DNA of 64,000 nucleotides, from contig CM082589.2 in assembly GCA_040954595.2 (NCBI GenBank), forward strand, positions 1,913,398-1,977,397, written 5' to 3'. Numbering within the stretch: position 1 is the first letter of the stretch; every line of letters starts with the position of its first letter. Origin of the DNA: Balanoglossus misakiensis. Taxonomy: Eukaryota; Animalia; Hemichordata. Below are positions 37,571-52,839 of the stretch, in pieces. Below the pieces are notes generated by a model. That model was not told where the DNA came from, searched no databases, and saw only the letters and a list, made by a program, of their open reading frames with translations. Made by a program: the position numbers and the translations under genes.

Positions 37571-37750
37571 AATAAATCCAGTGATTTTTCATCGACGAGC
37601 CCAGATCAGGAGAAATATATATCTTTCAGAACAGTGTAATATATTTTTGGCTAGACTGTTTTTTGATTATTTGATATAACTTTGTACAAGTTCGTAGTAA
37701 AAAAACAATTTCCAATGAAAATCTGCTGGTGTGTGTGTTGCGTTTTCTTG
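37571..37750 (+). terminator. Candidate SoxC polyadenylation region (3' UTR about 0.65-0.8 kb)
   Basis: U-rich UTR-like sequence follows the stop. AATAAA lies at 37571-37576. An alternative is TGTA (37683) plus AGTAAA (37696-37701), followed by a strong GT-rich downstream element (about 37728-37750, GGTGTGTGTGTTGCGTTTTCTTG). Confidence 0.5.
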
Positions 37751-40700
37751 AGCGTGTGGAGTGTTAATTTATGCAGTACCTGGTATTCATTCATTTCAGA
37801 GGCCGTGAAAAGGGTTCGTTTATGTTGGGTATTTAATGCATGATCGACGTGGGGTCTGTGTATAACAGGCGGTCAGTTCGATTTTTTAAGCCCCTATGCC
37901 CACACAGGAAACTTGTAAATATTTTCGCCATTAGTTTACGCATAGACTGCGTTTGCTGCACTGTCCACGGTTTACATTGACCAGTCTTTGGGTGTGCGTG
38001 TCCCTTCCGGCTTAAATTGGCCATTTGGTCATCTGTCCAGACAGTGGCTAAAGCTCCCAGGGAGCCCGTCTCTTGAATACAGTCGGGGGTTTGCGTCATA
38101 CACTTTCAATGTGGCTAGTCGCCGGTCGGAGTTTACATTAGGCCACCTGCCTAGCCCCTAATCTGTTTGACAAAAGGGCTTTTGCTATATGCCGAGATCC
38201 CCCAGACCAGAGACGCACCCCTGTCGATTGGCCTTTCCCTCCCCCTTGGATCCGCGGCAGTTGCTTGATCAACCCGTACATCACCAAGACGATATAGCGA
38301 GAGGAAAAATAATCGCTCTATGTATACTATAGCATACTGCTCCCTTGGTTATACCCTGTGTAGCAAGACCGCTGTATTTTATTACCCGGTCTAGCCAATG
38401 TTTTGGCTGTCAACATAACAGACGGTTGATCTCATTGAAACTGACCGGGGTCAGTGCCATTTTTTTCGTCTAGTGGGTAAGCGTACACCACGAAGGTATG
38501 AGACGCCTCAGATTGATACACGAGAGAGCGTTATATATGTAAAACACCCTGGCCTTTTTTGTGACTTCTTGTGAATGACTTGTCTTCAGATTAAAATTTC
38601 ACGCCTCATAAGACTATTGATTCGCCACGAAGGGGGATGACACCCCTGATGTTGGCGGTGGCGGTCTCAGCTGCGACAGTCAACCCGTCTTCAGCCTGAG
38701 GGGAATGAATTCACACTCCGGGCTGTTGTTGACCCGGCCTCGACACCGCGTCAGACCTACTTCCCATTGGGTTGTTTCTACGGAGATTTTTTTTTAGATC
38801 AGTCGACGGATGACCTACACGGTCGAACTGTCCCCCACACCGGCACCGGGTGGTTATCAAGCCCGCTAAGCCTCATAAATCACGCGCTTACACCAAAACC
38901 TGGATATGGTAGTGTACATGAATGAGGGTTATGTGTCAGTCAATTGAATCGATGCAATTGGTAACTGATCGGAGACTTATTGCGTCATTTCACGACAATA
39001 ATCGAAACTTATGAACAGTCGATGCGTCGATCGTTGCCGAATTTCCCGCCACTGGTCAACCAGCGACCAATTTTAAAAATAGCCCTTCGCTAATCAGACG
39101 GTACACTATTGTTGATGTTTGTTCACGCTGCATAATTTTGTTTACACATGTCAAGAGTTACCGCGCTGACCCTTCTGATGAAATCAGCTGTTGGCTAGCT
39201 GGGTCATCCTCGGGAGAGAAAATAACTCGTCGGCTAGACTACAGCGTACAATTTGTATCACGACCAGAGCCCCTAAGCAAGCCGCGAATATTTTGGGGAT
39301 TTAACCCGTATCAGTTTCATTCCCCACCGGTAGATCGAACTGCAGCTACCCGCTCAGTTGATCAGCCAAAAAAAGTCCGCCCAAGCGACGATTCCTAAGA
39401 CGGGAATCGAGCAAAAAGACACGCTTATACGTCTACCAGCCTTGGCCCAATTTCTGCCCGAGCTTTTTGAGTTTATACTCCCGTAGCATGGTATCATTCA
39501 TTTTCGTTCAAGGACGCGCGTACTATCGCTTTACGCTTCTCTCTATTGACTTCTAGAAATAGCTTGACACTTTTTTTCTAACACGTTACAGCGTTGCAAG
39601 GCACCAACCTGCGCTAGTGCACACGTACCGAGAGTGTCACGAAAGCTACCTTATTAACGAAGTTCAGGAGTTCATCATCGCACACATTCCGACCTGCCTT
39701 TTTCCAGATTTACGCTTGCATAAGTTACCGTTTCTGAAAATAACTCGCCTTGTGACATTGCATTGTACTTGGCAACGGATCCCTGATTCACCCTTCGCGG
39801 AGAACGAGGCACCTGGACCTTGTTGCCATGGTGACAAATATATGAAGAGCCTGCCCTCAGCACGGCGCAATTCCAGTTTTGACAAGGTGCAACAATCATT
39901 CACCGTTCAAAAATTACTAGTATGTTACACAGATATGCCGCAGTACTCGAGTTTCGGTAGAAATAATAACATCCCTGGTTTTTATAATTCTTAACCCGCG
40001 GAGTTGAATATGCGGCTAGGCAATGTTTCTTTCAAGGCATAAACACGCACTTTGTTTTGATATATAACGAATGGCATATTTAAGAATCGAAGAAGTGGTT
40101 TACTTATATGTCATCTCAATCTGTATGTCGTGTTGAGGACATCTCACTGAGTGTAACGCAACATTTGTATCGAGATTTTCAGCTTCCATAGGAGAGCGCA
40201 TGCACACCCTCGGCATATGGCCATCCCTGCACAAAAATACACAGGTAGTGTTGCCACCCGAACCCCGGCGTGCCACCGTTAAATATGTGGGTCAGTGTGG
40301 TATACATCCCCCACCCATCGGCACCAAATTTAGATTTGTGACACGTGCTAGGTCTGCTTACCGATGATGGCATTGATGTCGTTTCATTTCCGCTTTTAAA
40401 CTCGCTGCGTGAGAATACAAGCTGTGAATCACCGAAATAGAAAAAGAAAAAGAATTGTCGAACAAAAACAAACAAACAAACAACAACAAAATAAGTTTGA
40501 ATACTTTTCTCTCGAAGTGCCAATTATAATTGTCTATTGTCCTTTCTATGAAGATAACAAAAATATGTTTTCATAAAGCAGTGAGAGTGGCTTGGAACTG
40601 GGACAGGTACGATCCGATGACGAGATAACATTATGAAAGTGTGGTCATAGTGTAGTGAGGGTAGTTTATCCCCATTCTTATAGTTTCCTAGTCATCTAAA

Positions 40701-41047
40701 TGATTCAATATTGACGGCCAACAATGGTGATTAATTATAATCATTTCAACTTAATATTCAGTCTGATTTTCGAGTGACTGACATGGCCAACGGAAATCGG
40801 AAACAAAAGATGCGGGTAGGCGAAGAGGACGGGGATCATACGATGCCGTATTGTCACAACTGAGTCATGTAGAATCGCCTACCGGCCATTTTCCACGGCT
40901 TTGAATTGAGAATTCATTTGGGTATTAGAATTCTGGGTTGATCGCGTGATTGCGTATTGTTAGCGTGAGGCGTTATCGGGAGGCGCACGTGCGGCCAGTC
41001 GGTTCATGGTGAAGGTTGTGAGGTCACAGGCCTATACGAGAGAGAGG

Positions 41048-41097
41048 AACAAACAAACAAACAAACAAACAAAAAAAAACAAAAAAAAACAATAAAA
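41048..41097. repeat. (AAAC)n / A-rich simple repeat
   Basis: AACAAACAAACAAAC... grading into A-runs. A similar shorter tract lies at about 40461-40491. Confidence 0.85.
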
Positions 41098-41930
41098 CTA
41101 TCGTCGTTTATGAACAGTATTGGAGATATTAACTTTCACTGGTGCAGAATTATATCGTTTGGCGATTTGTAAATGGTCCTCAGTACTTCTATAATATTAT
41201 CTTATTCGTTAAAGTCAGTATTTTGTCCAATATTTTGGGTACACCCCCAAAACATGGCTGTCAATTCATAGTGGCATCATGCAAATCTCTATTAGTCTGC
41301 GTCACTGAAAAGAAAGGTTATGAAAATTGGGTTATGAAAATTAGGTACATGCAACGTGCGGCACGAGAACGGAGTATCCGGTAACTTATCCTTGAAACGA
41401 ACCCTTTCACTTAAGATATCTTGTTATGCTGGAAGACAGAAAAATCAGCTGATTTTCTAAATTATGGGAAAAAGTCGATTGGTAAATCTTTCTTTAACAA
41501 GACTTGTGTTCTATTTTTAAAGTACGAGATCTAAAGAACGAACTCGATCTGGCGCTTGGAAAGTTTAACACTACCGATATCAGAAACCGATATTCTCTAA
41601 TAACAAAGCTCGATCGAATTTGGTTTTGTTTTTAGAAAATGTGCGCAGTTTTTATTCATGGTAAATTACGTTTTGTAACCCTGTGTCGCAGTTGTAGCAG
41701 TGACGATCATAGACAACAAAAATGACACGTTTTCTTGTTTAAATATAGGAATATACGCACGTGTGACACGTGATCCGCTCACGTGCGACACTTCGCAATA
41801 GGAAAAACGTCGACGACGCCGATGTATTTTGAAAGCGCGAGTTGCGACACAGCTTCTTAAAGAATGTTCATGATTTTATAACAGCAGCCTTGTCAACTTT
41901 CTTTTATCGAGTGTTATGATAGAGCCGCCA

Positions 41931-42130
41931 ATCCATTCATCCCTCCCTCTCCCCCTCTCTCCATCCATCCACCCAATCCATCCAACCCCATCCATCCATC
42001 CATCCATCCATCCATCCATCCAGCCAGCCAGCCAGCTTCTAATGTCAGTCAGTCACAGTCAGTCAGTCAGTCAGTCAGTCAGTCACTCACTATCTCACTT
42101 ACTCACCCACTCACTCACTCACTCACTCAC
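41931..42130. repeat. Compound tetranucleotide microsatellite (CCAT, CCAG, TCAG, TCAC)
   Basis: Successive blocks of four related tetramers are directly visible. Confidence 0.92.
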
Positions 42131-42853
42131 ATATTTCAATCAGGTGTCCATAACAACATGTAACGTGTAACCGTTTCACACTTCGAGTCACGGTCACTCC
42201 GTCGAGTGCAGCTTTTGTAGAAGCACCGTGACAGAAAAGAACCTTCGTGGTTCCGAGTAGTTCCCTGCCCCCCCCCCCCCCCCCCGACACTGTCTTTACA
42301 AAAATCTAGTGTTTCATGGCCACGCGTGTCGATATTTTTAGCTTGTCACGTTCAAACCCACCGCCGAACATGCCTCGCGGTCCCGATCGATCGCGTAGTT
42401 CGTTGCCATAACAACAAGCATCTTGGCGCTGCGTCACTTCATACCGTTTACCCATCTTTTGGACACCGGCGCTGTAAATTCGACTGATTCGTTATTCCCA
42501 GTGTGTCTGTTGCCAGGGAAACGAGTTTTAAGTTCTTCGTGTTCAATCTATTATGTCGTTAATACTACGCATGCTCCCATGACGATTTATTTGACGTGCG
42601 TATTTCTGAACGATTGCAACTTGGCGCGGCCTTCTGCAAGGACACCAGAAAATAACACCTCCAGAACTCCGTGTGCGCTGTTCGTTATGTATAGAAATGG
42701 GGGCGTTGATACTCTCCAGATTAATGACATTAATCGCATCACAAGAAGGTCGAAACTGAGATCTTCAAATTGTGGGTATTTTTCAATTACTGTCATATCA
42801 ATGGTGAAATTATCTGTTCAATTTCAGGACTACTTACCTGTTGACGAAATAGT

Positions 42854-42877
42854 ATCATCATCATCATCATCATCATT

Positions 42878-42955
<78 letters not shown>
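42854..42955. repeat. (ATC)n microsatellite, about 34 units with one interruption
   Basis: ATCATCATC run. It produces the spurious poly-Ser in ORF 42423-42983. Confidence 0.97.
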
Positions 42956-45900
42956 TGTAACTATGGTTACAGTGGCGTATTAAAATATAAAAACACAGTC
43001 AAATTTCTTTCTACTGTCTACGTACCGTATCTATGTAAATTGTACCATTTAGCTGGACACTACGCAAAATATACTGTACTGGCGATAATATTGGAAGGGG
43101 GCTAATAATTACGTCATCCGATATCAGAACGTCAATTCACAAGATGTTTATTGCAAATGTGATGTTCGGAGTTTCAATAAACAATAATTGCAACTCTTAT
43201 GATGACGGGAAGTTGTTTGCTCACGTCACTCAGAGTTGTCACCGCGTTTATCTGTGGAGTGTTTACAGAAAATGTCGTGAAGGACGCGCGGATTGGCAAT
43301 TACGTAAATTAGACCTTGGCAAGTGAAACGGACACTTCCTTCACTTTTCAAGAAAAGACCTGAAGACGCGAAACATTGCAGTGTGGATTATAGACACGGA
43401 GTGTGAACGTGACGGGCTGCGGGGAGATGAGGTCACATGGCGCGGCGGAGTTTGAATCCTTGCCGTAGACTCGATCAAACCACCGGGCGTTATTACCGCC
43501 CAGAAAATCTTTCACGAGAAACTTTAAGAATCGCGGGAAAATTTCTGCCGGTGAACAGGTGTCGTATGTCACAAACGTACCGCCAACAAGGTTTCCTTGA
43601 GGGTCGAAAGGCAAATTGGAGCTGTTTCCCTGTACCGCTACCTCGTGGTTCCAGCGAAATGTCTGGTTCCATGGGGGTGGGGGAGGGGGGAATTTTTACA
43701 TTTTCGTCGCTTGAGTTTCACACTTCTGGAATTTGAATAGATTATTTGGCGCCGAGCTGAGAGGAAAGTGAATTTTAAACAGTTTAAATTCTATAAAGGT
43801 GCCTAACTCCGAACAATGACCTCCAAGATCTTTTAAGAAGGCGGGGATATTCTTAGGGAAATTGAAAGTCCCCTTGTAATTGTACAAGCGTCTTGAGGTG
43901 TCAACACGATATTCTTGGGACACATCTGGTGTCGTTCCAAGACGGTGGCGGTCAGTGCAGAAACGCTGGTCGTTGGTCCTATGGCTTTATCTGCATTATT
44001 TGGGTCAGTGCTACGTGAAGAGTCTGGTTTTTCTGTGAAAGAAACTTTTTAAACTTCAATCTTATTTTAGAGACAACACCACCTGTTGAGTCGCTCTTAC
44101 GTAATGCGTGGTTTGTTTGTTTCACTGATGTGTTTACTAATTAACATGGGCTTTGAAATTTCCACCAAGGATGCTGTCCCGGCGCTTGGTACTTAACCCT
44201 CATTGACACGTTTTCCCGCGTCTAGGAGGGGTGGGGGTCGAAGCGAAACAAAAAGGGTGATTCTGACAACCCCTCTTGACACTAACAAACAAGAGACAAA
44301 ACTTTTGAATATACAATCCGTCGCCGTGGACACAGAGCTGCGTGAAACTGACATTAAATTCTGATTGGTCACCTCGTTTTTACACACCTGAAATTGACAT
44401 CGAATTATCCAGCTTCTTACAAGTGTTCGGTTGTTTGCTTGTTTACGTTCCTCAAATAAATTTGCTTATTTACTTTATGCCAAAGTTTGTCAGGAAATCA
44501 GCTTTAGATTCTAAATCAACAGTTTACTTTTTTTTACAATACTTTTCACGAGCCTGGTTAGTGCATAGACTCTAGGGTCTATGGTTAGTGGTAAACGTTT
44601 TTTGGAATATACTCGAAAGGACGAATACCAGAGCCGTGTTTCAACCTTGTGGTTGATGAATACAAAACACCGATTTGCGTTTGGGCTATAGATTATTGGG
44701 GTTAAAGCATACCGTGTCAGTAACGCCTTCAGAACCCACAAATTCCACGCTATGATGTAAAACTTGTCATACTATAATATCATGCAGGTATGACGATTCA
44801 AACCGGTATCTAAAACTTGCGCGTGTGTTTTTCTGTACTATTGGTATGTCCGTCACGTGGCCTCTTGGCTCGTATTCCGCTAATCTCGCAAACTCATAAT
44901 TCCAGAGAAATTAAAATGCCTTATATTTTGTTCAAATGCTGTCGTTAGGTCGTCTGCTGCCAGAGGACGATTTTTGACAGTTTATACGTGATTGTTACTA
45001 ATACTTTGAAACCATGATAAACAAGAACCCGTGGGGTCCATGCGGCCACAGACTACTAGCGTAATTTGAGGCGCTTGAAACCCGTTTAGCCAAATCTTCC
45101 TCGACTGCACTGTAAACTCATGCTTACTTAATTCTTTGAGTTCTTGAGTTCTGTATTTATAGGAGTAATTGGCGGTAAATAAATTACATAAGTTGTTATT
45201 CGTTATTAATTATTCATAGTGCTCTTCTGACCTTATTTAAATTCCAAGTCGTTTAATAGTTGGAGAAGTTCTGAAATGTTTAAGACACATTCTTTTATGT
45301 CATCTACATTCCATTTTTAACTTGGACACACGTTGTCGGGAAGTGTTTTAACAATAAACGCTAATTACTTTTTCAGTGTCTCGAGTGATCGGACCGTGTG
45401 GTCGAACCGCCAACACTTGTGAAGCCCCAGTCGTATATAAACCTTACTCCCACGTGAGAAATTACGTCACGCGAAATGTCACTTTCAAGTTCGTCAGCTG
45501 TTCCATCAATTGTTTACGGCCAGTGGACGGGAAGTAATAGAGTTCCGGCCAACCCTTCTGGAACACGAATTAGCCGTTTTACGAGACAAAATATTTTCCG
45601 GTCGGGTAGTACAACTACCCAGACGCTTTCCGGTTGCAATTTGACCAAGTTGTGGTCGCCATCTCAAGAGGTGGAATAATTTGTATCTAAAAAGCCATCG
45701 GAAAATCAATTCCAATTTATTTCTAATTTGCATTCCAGGCCTTTTTGTTGTATAATCTAGAACTCTGCCCACCCAAGTTCAACCATAGACTCGTTTCTAC
45801 AGTCTATGGTTTAATATATACCACAGTGCAACGTCGCGATGGAGTGGTGGGTGGGTAGCACACGTAGATTTGAAGAAACTGGCGCTCGCAGAAAAACGCG

Positions 45901-48900
45901 AAAGAAAGACGACAAAATCCGACGTGGGAATTACAACCCCCTTCCCAAATCTACAGAACAGAGCGACGCGATTTATCAAAATAAATGCAAATCGCTTTTC
46001 AAAAGTTTGCACAGGCGCGAAAATCTGTTTTCACGGCACTGCATACTTAGAAGTCCATTGACTAAAGGTGTCAATGGGTTCCCTTTCCAGATTGAAACAG
46101 TTTTCACACCTATTGGACATATGCTGTGACGTCACCTTGGAGAGGGGGGGGGGTGAATTGATACTGTAGTAACAGATGTATTTCTATTCTTGCCAGATTT
46201 CTGTTGTTCTGTCTAAACTATTTTGTTTTCTGATGTTTGCCTCTGTGTTGAAGACACACAGTTGCAGAAAACACCGGTTACCTGTAACGGGGCTTCCCAA
46301 CCACGGGCGCCGGATATCATTGGTCTATTTACAACATCATACTCCTTGTAAACAGGATGGTGCTTCCTCTGCAGTAAACCTCGTTTCTGTGGTAAACACT
46401 GTATGTCTTGCAGGCCCTCTTTACTAAACACCTTATGCACTACATACGTGAGAAACTTGTTTACCCCTACTTGTGTCTATAACAAGCAAGATGCCCTTCG
46501 CCGACCAGTGTCCAGTCTTCATTCTTCCGGCCCGAGGGATAATTGGCCGATCGAGGGTGGTGGGCCTCCAGTGAAAGGAGAATCCTTCTATTACTCATCG
46601 TCTCCGAGACAAGATAATAGCAAAAGTGGTTCAGGTGACTCCCCTAATATTGCCGACCTTTTCCCGCGGTCTCAATTGTATAACGCGCCGCTCGATTAAT
46701 ATAATAACAGTTCACAGCGTGGGGAATTGGATGACCAGTCGTTCATTTCTCCTTCGTGAAGTTTCTTACTTTCGGTCCTTCCGTACAAGACTTAGACATT
46801 CCCTTCAGTTAGAATGGTAACCTAAGCAATCTCAGACGTCCTCCATTTGTCGCCATAGCAACAAAGTTCATCTCTGCGGGGAGTCCTTCCCTTTTGAATA
46901 CTTGAAATAGTTTCGTTCTGTTGTTGGCGAGACCCCTTTTCGCGGGCAGACGTCTTGCCCTATACTATACACTGTCGCTTGTGTACATGTAGGGGGTGAT
47001 GATGTCTCGTGAATTGCATTGATGTGGACAGGGATGTGAGACTCTAAGCTAATTTGTTGTCTGACACAGCATCGAATTACGAGTAACTGAATAAAGGTTA
47101 GAGCTTTCATTCATATACACTGCTATCGAAGAAGGCTAACTGTCCTTGGAATTCCAATGGCTTATCTTTAGCTCCGAACCTAGCGTTTCATGTGGTATTA
47201 CTTTATTCGGAACTGGTCCAACGCGGGACTCTTCCCGTATCCAATAGCCCCCTCTCATTTTTCTTTCCCAGACACCATTGAATCGACCGCAGTTCTCTCC
47301 ACGAGGAACAACAGGAAAACTGCTTTCCCTGTCACGAATCTACTGGGTAGCTTTTCAGGGTCCGGCTTCATCGAGCCGGCCCACCGGACGTCCCTCGTGC
47401 TCGGCCGGCCGCCGTCGCGTCAGTGACCCGGTAGTGTCGTCTGCGGGGTCTTCAAGTTGTTTGTCCAGCTCTCCGTTGTCTTATCTTTAACGGTCAGCTG
47501 CCACGGTTGAGATACAGTCCAGAGAGGATGAATAATGGTCGTGGGAAATGGGTGGAGGGCCGGAGACTGAAGTGACCCCCACGGCATGGCCAAATCTCGT
47601 GACAACATATGTTTCATTCGTAACAGTCTCGTGTTAGCCACGACAAACGGTGCCATGACAAGATTGTTATGTGTATGTCTTTTCCATTGAGTAACTTCTC
47701 TACAAAGATATCATATATGTATCAACATCAATCCTTTAAAGTCCGGGTACCAACAGTTTCAGTTAAGTCAGCGCGATTGTACTTTGACCCGAGGGCGAGG
47801 AGTTACTCCAGACATGGCTATTAAGCCTAATTTTTCTGTAATCAAGATTTTCTCTAAATTTCGCATTTTCTACGGCTCCAAATTTCATATTCCTTTCGCC
47901 AGCTTAATGCTGTTGATTCTACAAGGCGTTGAGTGTCATCTCTGTATAGCATTGCTTATGACTTAGGCCATTAGTGAGTGCGAACTGTGCAGGAGTGAAT
48001 ACAATCGCACACCTGTCCAGAACAGTTAATACGGTGTACAGTGTTGTTCTTCTCCCAGAGGAGCGAGAAGTGTGTACAGAGGCTATTTTCTGCTGAGTCC
48101 GTTGGTCTAGATAGCAAATTGGGAATTCAATACAGACATTCATTAAAACGGCCCCATCATACGGACCCAGGGGACGGGCGCGATAAAAAACCGCATTTCG
48201 GCTTTGTGGCCGATACCAGGGCACCTTTTTACCTGTCTTGATATATTGTTTTGACCCTTGACCCGAATTTGCTACAAGCGGGTTGGCAGGGCACGATTTC
48301 TATTGCCGACCGTGCTCATGGAAACGCGCGTCGCGAGAAAACGCCCGACTTTTTCTACCTGGATACGACGCCGACACAGGACGACCGCACGGAATGCTCA
48401 CGTCCGAGTTACTCATTTGCGCCGCTACGTGATCATATCAAAGACAATTTACAATATACCCAAACTAAGTCATTTGGGGGGTTCTATCGCAACGAGCGGT
48501 GCGCTTATTAACATGGTTAGAGATTTGTCGCTGTACCGTTGAACGCGCTCATTATGCCCGACTAACTTTTAATGGTGCTTTTTGAACTTTCGCTTTGCAT
48601 CACAAACGCCGACGTCACGGCTTTCTGTGGGCTGAGTGGCCGCTTTTCCGACTTGGCAGACCGACCTTAATGCCGGTTTTGTCCCCCTTGTTTCGTTAAA
48701 ACGAATTAAAGTGAGACATAGGTGTCTTCCTCGCCGCTCCCCCACAAGAAAAACGCCCTGAAGCGTGAGGGGAAAGTGTCTGGAGTTCGTCGCGCTGTCT
48801 GCCTCCATACACGTGTTCGGGGTTGACCGAAGACGCTTTGCCGTGGTAGTAAAACGGCTCCAATGATCATTAAGAGATCTTCGTCGACATAAATTAAGAA

Positions 48901-48993
48901 GTGCTGTAAATAAACACGATTCTCTCTCGTCTTTTCGTATGTGAGCATACATGACAGGTGGTATTCTCGAACCCCAGATGTGTGCTAATTAAG

Positions 48994-49022
48994 GTGTGTG
49001 TGTGTGTGTGTGGGGGGGGGGT
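48994..49022. repeat. (GT)n followed by poly-G
   Basis: GTGTGT... followed by a G-run. Confidence 0.85.
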
Positions 49023-52000
49023 TAAGTTAACCCGCTCCAGTCGATGAGACTCTCATGTGAACCAGGGTATACCATGGACTTTTAAAACACATGATAATTT
49101 ACCAACTTTAAAAATATCTTTACGCGGATCTAAGGAATGCCGGTGATCTGTGTGCAAATATATGCAAGTTTGTCTGCGTGCGTGAACTCAATCAACCTAG
49201 CCCATGGGAAGCGTCAGTGTTACATCATCGCCAAAAATTTACCGCTTTTCAGCACCATTAATTACAAGGAACCTTCGGTATGAGAGAACGTAAGACAAAA
49301 GCTAGATCCATCAAAAACAATGCACAAAACGTAGGATCTAGAAAAGAAACAAATGCACCCGCAAATCGCTCTTCGCCGGGGTCAAATGTCATCCGAAGCA
49401 TGCCCGAACATGTCCGAATTCCGAAAGGGGTTGTAAAACAACCTAAAAGGTCTCATTGTATCATTGTACAAATGGTAAATGCAAGTCGCCGAAAGAGGAA
49501 AACCTGATTTGCCAATAATGTGTTTTCAAAGAGTTTTCGATTTAAACCCAAAATTGAGTGTCGAATGTTTTTTTTTCAACAATGACTGTACAGCTTCAAT
49601 GGATTGTCTCTTTTACGATGTTTGTCGTTTGGGATCGTGGACCAACACGAATCTTTTCTTTTAACTTTGCATTTTAAATCAGTCAGGACCGTTTTTTATA
49701 GCTGTTTACTGTTTTGTTGATTTTGCGGGGATAAACACCGTCCAACACACCTCCCTTGTACAACTGAACTTGTAATGAGTTTTTATTTTTGGTCACACGT
49801 ATTTTCTTGTTTATTAAAGATACTCAAAATTATCACACACTCAAGGAGATTTCTCCAACCAATATATGAACACCAAAGAAAACTTTATTTTTCCCCAACA
49901 GCCTACCTCTTCAAGACCGAGTAGCGTGATAGAAAATGGGACCCGCTCAAGCACACCAAACATCCGTTCTACCTGATCTATGGTAAAGCCCCCCTCCTCC
50001 TCCAACCCCCCTCATCGGAAGGACGGCGTGACGTAAGCGGAGTGGGGGCAGAGGTGAGCGTTGCCAACCGGATTTGTGGACCAGCACTTGTGAAACAGTA
50101 ACTCTGCATGAAGCCCTAACGGAGCAACAAGACCAAAGGACTGGGATGCCATGAGAAGGATGTGTACCACACACCTTATCACAACCGTGCAGTCGCCGAA
50201 CCTGTCTCTACCCCTTCCTCGTCGCGTGAACTCTCGCTTCTTCAAGTCAATTAGCACATTTATTTTCGAGTTTTCTGAAAAAATGTGATAAGATTGTAAG
50301 GTCGCTGGTTTATTGGGGCACAAGAGTGATGTGTACAAGTTCTCATTTGTTGCCTAGCAACTCGAGTTATGTTATTACCTGAAAGTGGTACTGAAGTTTC
50401 GTGTACTTGGGGTGTAACAGCTGTAAAATCTAGTTTTCTTCTTATTTTCTTTCTGTGCTACAAATTGTATTCTCCACACTCCTGTATATGTTCTCATGTA
50501 GACAGACTGAGTATTGGCAAATAAAAAAGTTGACGAAGATCACAACATGTTTTTTGTGTGTTAATTTTGAGTACCCCCATTTGCTCGGTCGCGAAGATTA
50601 CGGGAACAGATCGCGTGATGCCGACGTGTTTTGCGACTGACCACAAAAATGAGGAAGTGGCAAAAATCCAGACTTTTTTTATGAAAGCTATCTGGTGGTC
50701 ATCTCAACCCCGGAGAACAATTGTCACGTGTCTGGGAATTTTCGAAGCGGCCGCGAGGGTGATAAATTCGGGGGTTGTTACGGAAACTACCGACGGAAAC
50801 GATGACCGGCGTAAACATGGTGTCAATTGAGTTTCTATTCTGGAATCCAGTGTTGGCAGAAAAAACCTATCGTACTTCGGACAGCCTTTGGACGGGAGAT
50901 TAACACCAAAAACGGATGTTGTGCGCGCTGACCTTGCGACCTCAGACTGTTGTAACCCAGGTCTGGGGTTTTACGCTGGATGATAAGGCGAGGGTTGTGA
51001 AGGCGCGTAGCTAATTGATTTTGTGTGGCCGGCCTGACATGACAAAAACAAGTTCCCCATTCATTGCTAATTATACTGTCAATGACGTGTTAATTTTCGT
51101 TAATTAGCATTGCGTCAATTATGTCACATGTCTCAGTAAGATTGCACTCCAAACTGATAAGGTGTTGTCAGTGGCGTAATATAGTGTAAAGGCCATGGCA
51201 AACTTCGACTTCTTGGTCTTAATGGGAAGACTGGGATTAAACCTTGAAAATATGTTAGGAGGAAGCGTCTTCGATTTTTGCGAATCGAAACCGACAGTTT
51301 AAAAAGTCTCTTTTATAGATTCAAAGAAGAAGGGAGATATGATACTCAAGTCACAACAAATCGGAAGTAGTTTTTGGAAATAATATTTGTTGCGAAGAAG
51401 AACGAAAGTTTATCTGGAGATTGCATAAATTGCAAGGTAAATAGCTCTGTAGTTTCGAACCACCTCGATGTTTTGTCGTTTCTTTCGACTTTGAGTCGTG
51501 ACCAAATCGTTTGTGCCAGTAACTATGTATTGTTGATGATATCTTGTGGTCGTGATCTGTGAGTTGCTGTCTTGAGTTCGCGCTCATGGGATATTATCAA
51601 CAACTTATGGAACCCATCCATAAATACATGGTTTCACTATACAGTCGATTTCCGGACCCAACAAGTCGTTTCGTGAACCGGCAGTCGTTTTACAAAAAAA
51701 ACTCTGTGGAAATGGATTTTGGCGTGATTTGTGACGACCGGAAGGCTAAAATGTGAAATACCCCGGAGGGTGGCAGCGAAATATCACCATGATGTTTGTG
51801 TTTTCATGGGAAAGTTATAAAAATTCATTTCGCGAATAGGTTCTTCAATGCCCGAGCCGATCTCTTCCGCTACGCGTCCGTACACGTCGTGTCGAAATCC
51901 GGAAGAACAGTCGCTTTTCTTTTACGTTCTCTTTCTCTTGAGAAGTTGGTACATGCGCTCTATTATTGAATGCGTATTGCGCTTTACAACGCAGACTCGA

Positions 52001-52839
52001 CAACTACCATGACAATACCCTGCGCACAATTGCAGAGTCCTGAGGTCAACCAAAACCGTGACTGTTATATGCATAACAAAAACGATTGAAATTAGGAGAG
52101 TTCCGGGCTTCCGGCCACTTAAAGGAAATCGTGTAATCGTGGGCGTTTGGATGATTTCTGCAAATGTACTGCAAATTTTTATCGATTGTATAATACGTCA
52201 GCCACGTCGACGAAATTAATTGACACCTGAATATGTAAATGTATGCACAGATGTGGATTTTGAATCGCGCACAGCGAAGGAAAATGTCTGACAGACAGTC
52301 ATGATTGACATCATCACACGTCACCATACACCCTCTCAAAAATGTGATGGGCAGCGTTTTGGATCAACTGAAGGGCTTCACCTGGTATGGAGTTGCGCTT
52401 CCGCTGTTTAGAAACAATTGACCGCTCTCTCTCTCTCGCGAGACAGACCGTGCAACCTTCTATGGGGCATGTGGATAAGGGAGGGGGTGTCATCATATCC
52501 CCTACGCCTCTCCGGACGGATTCAGGAGAAGGGCAAAAAGGTCACATAAACCCTGCTGGTCAAGACGGCCAGTTGACCGCGGTGTGTGTACACACGTCAT
52601 GCATGGTCAGTGTAACGCCACTACGGTCCTCGGCCGCAAGTTGAATTGGATTTGAAAGTTGGAACGCGTTAGAGTTTCCATGGCGACTCACAGCTGATTA
52701 AAGACTGGATAAGTCCCCGCTAAAAGTAAAACAACAGGACCGTCCAGAAAGTTTGAGAAAACGTCTTGGCATTTCCTCGGAATTTCAACTATTCCATATG
52801 CACGGGGTCGTGTTCCCACAACTCATTCATACGTAATCA

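Noticed and set aside
42423-42983. 186-aa ORF with poly-Ser
   Set aside because: The poly-Ser is the (ATC)n microsatellite, and the start is non-ATG.
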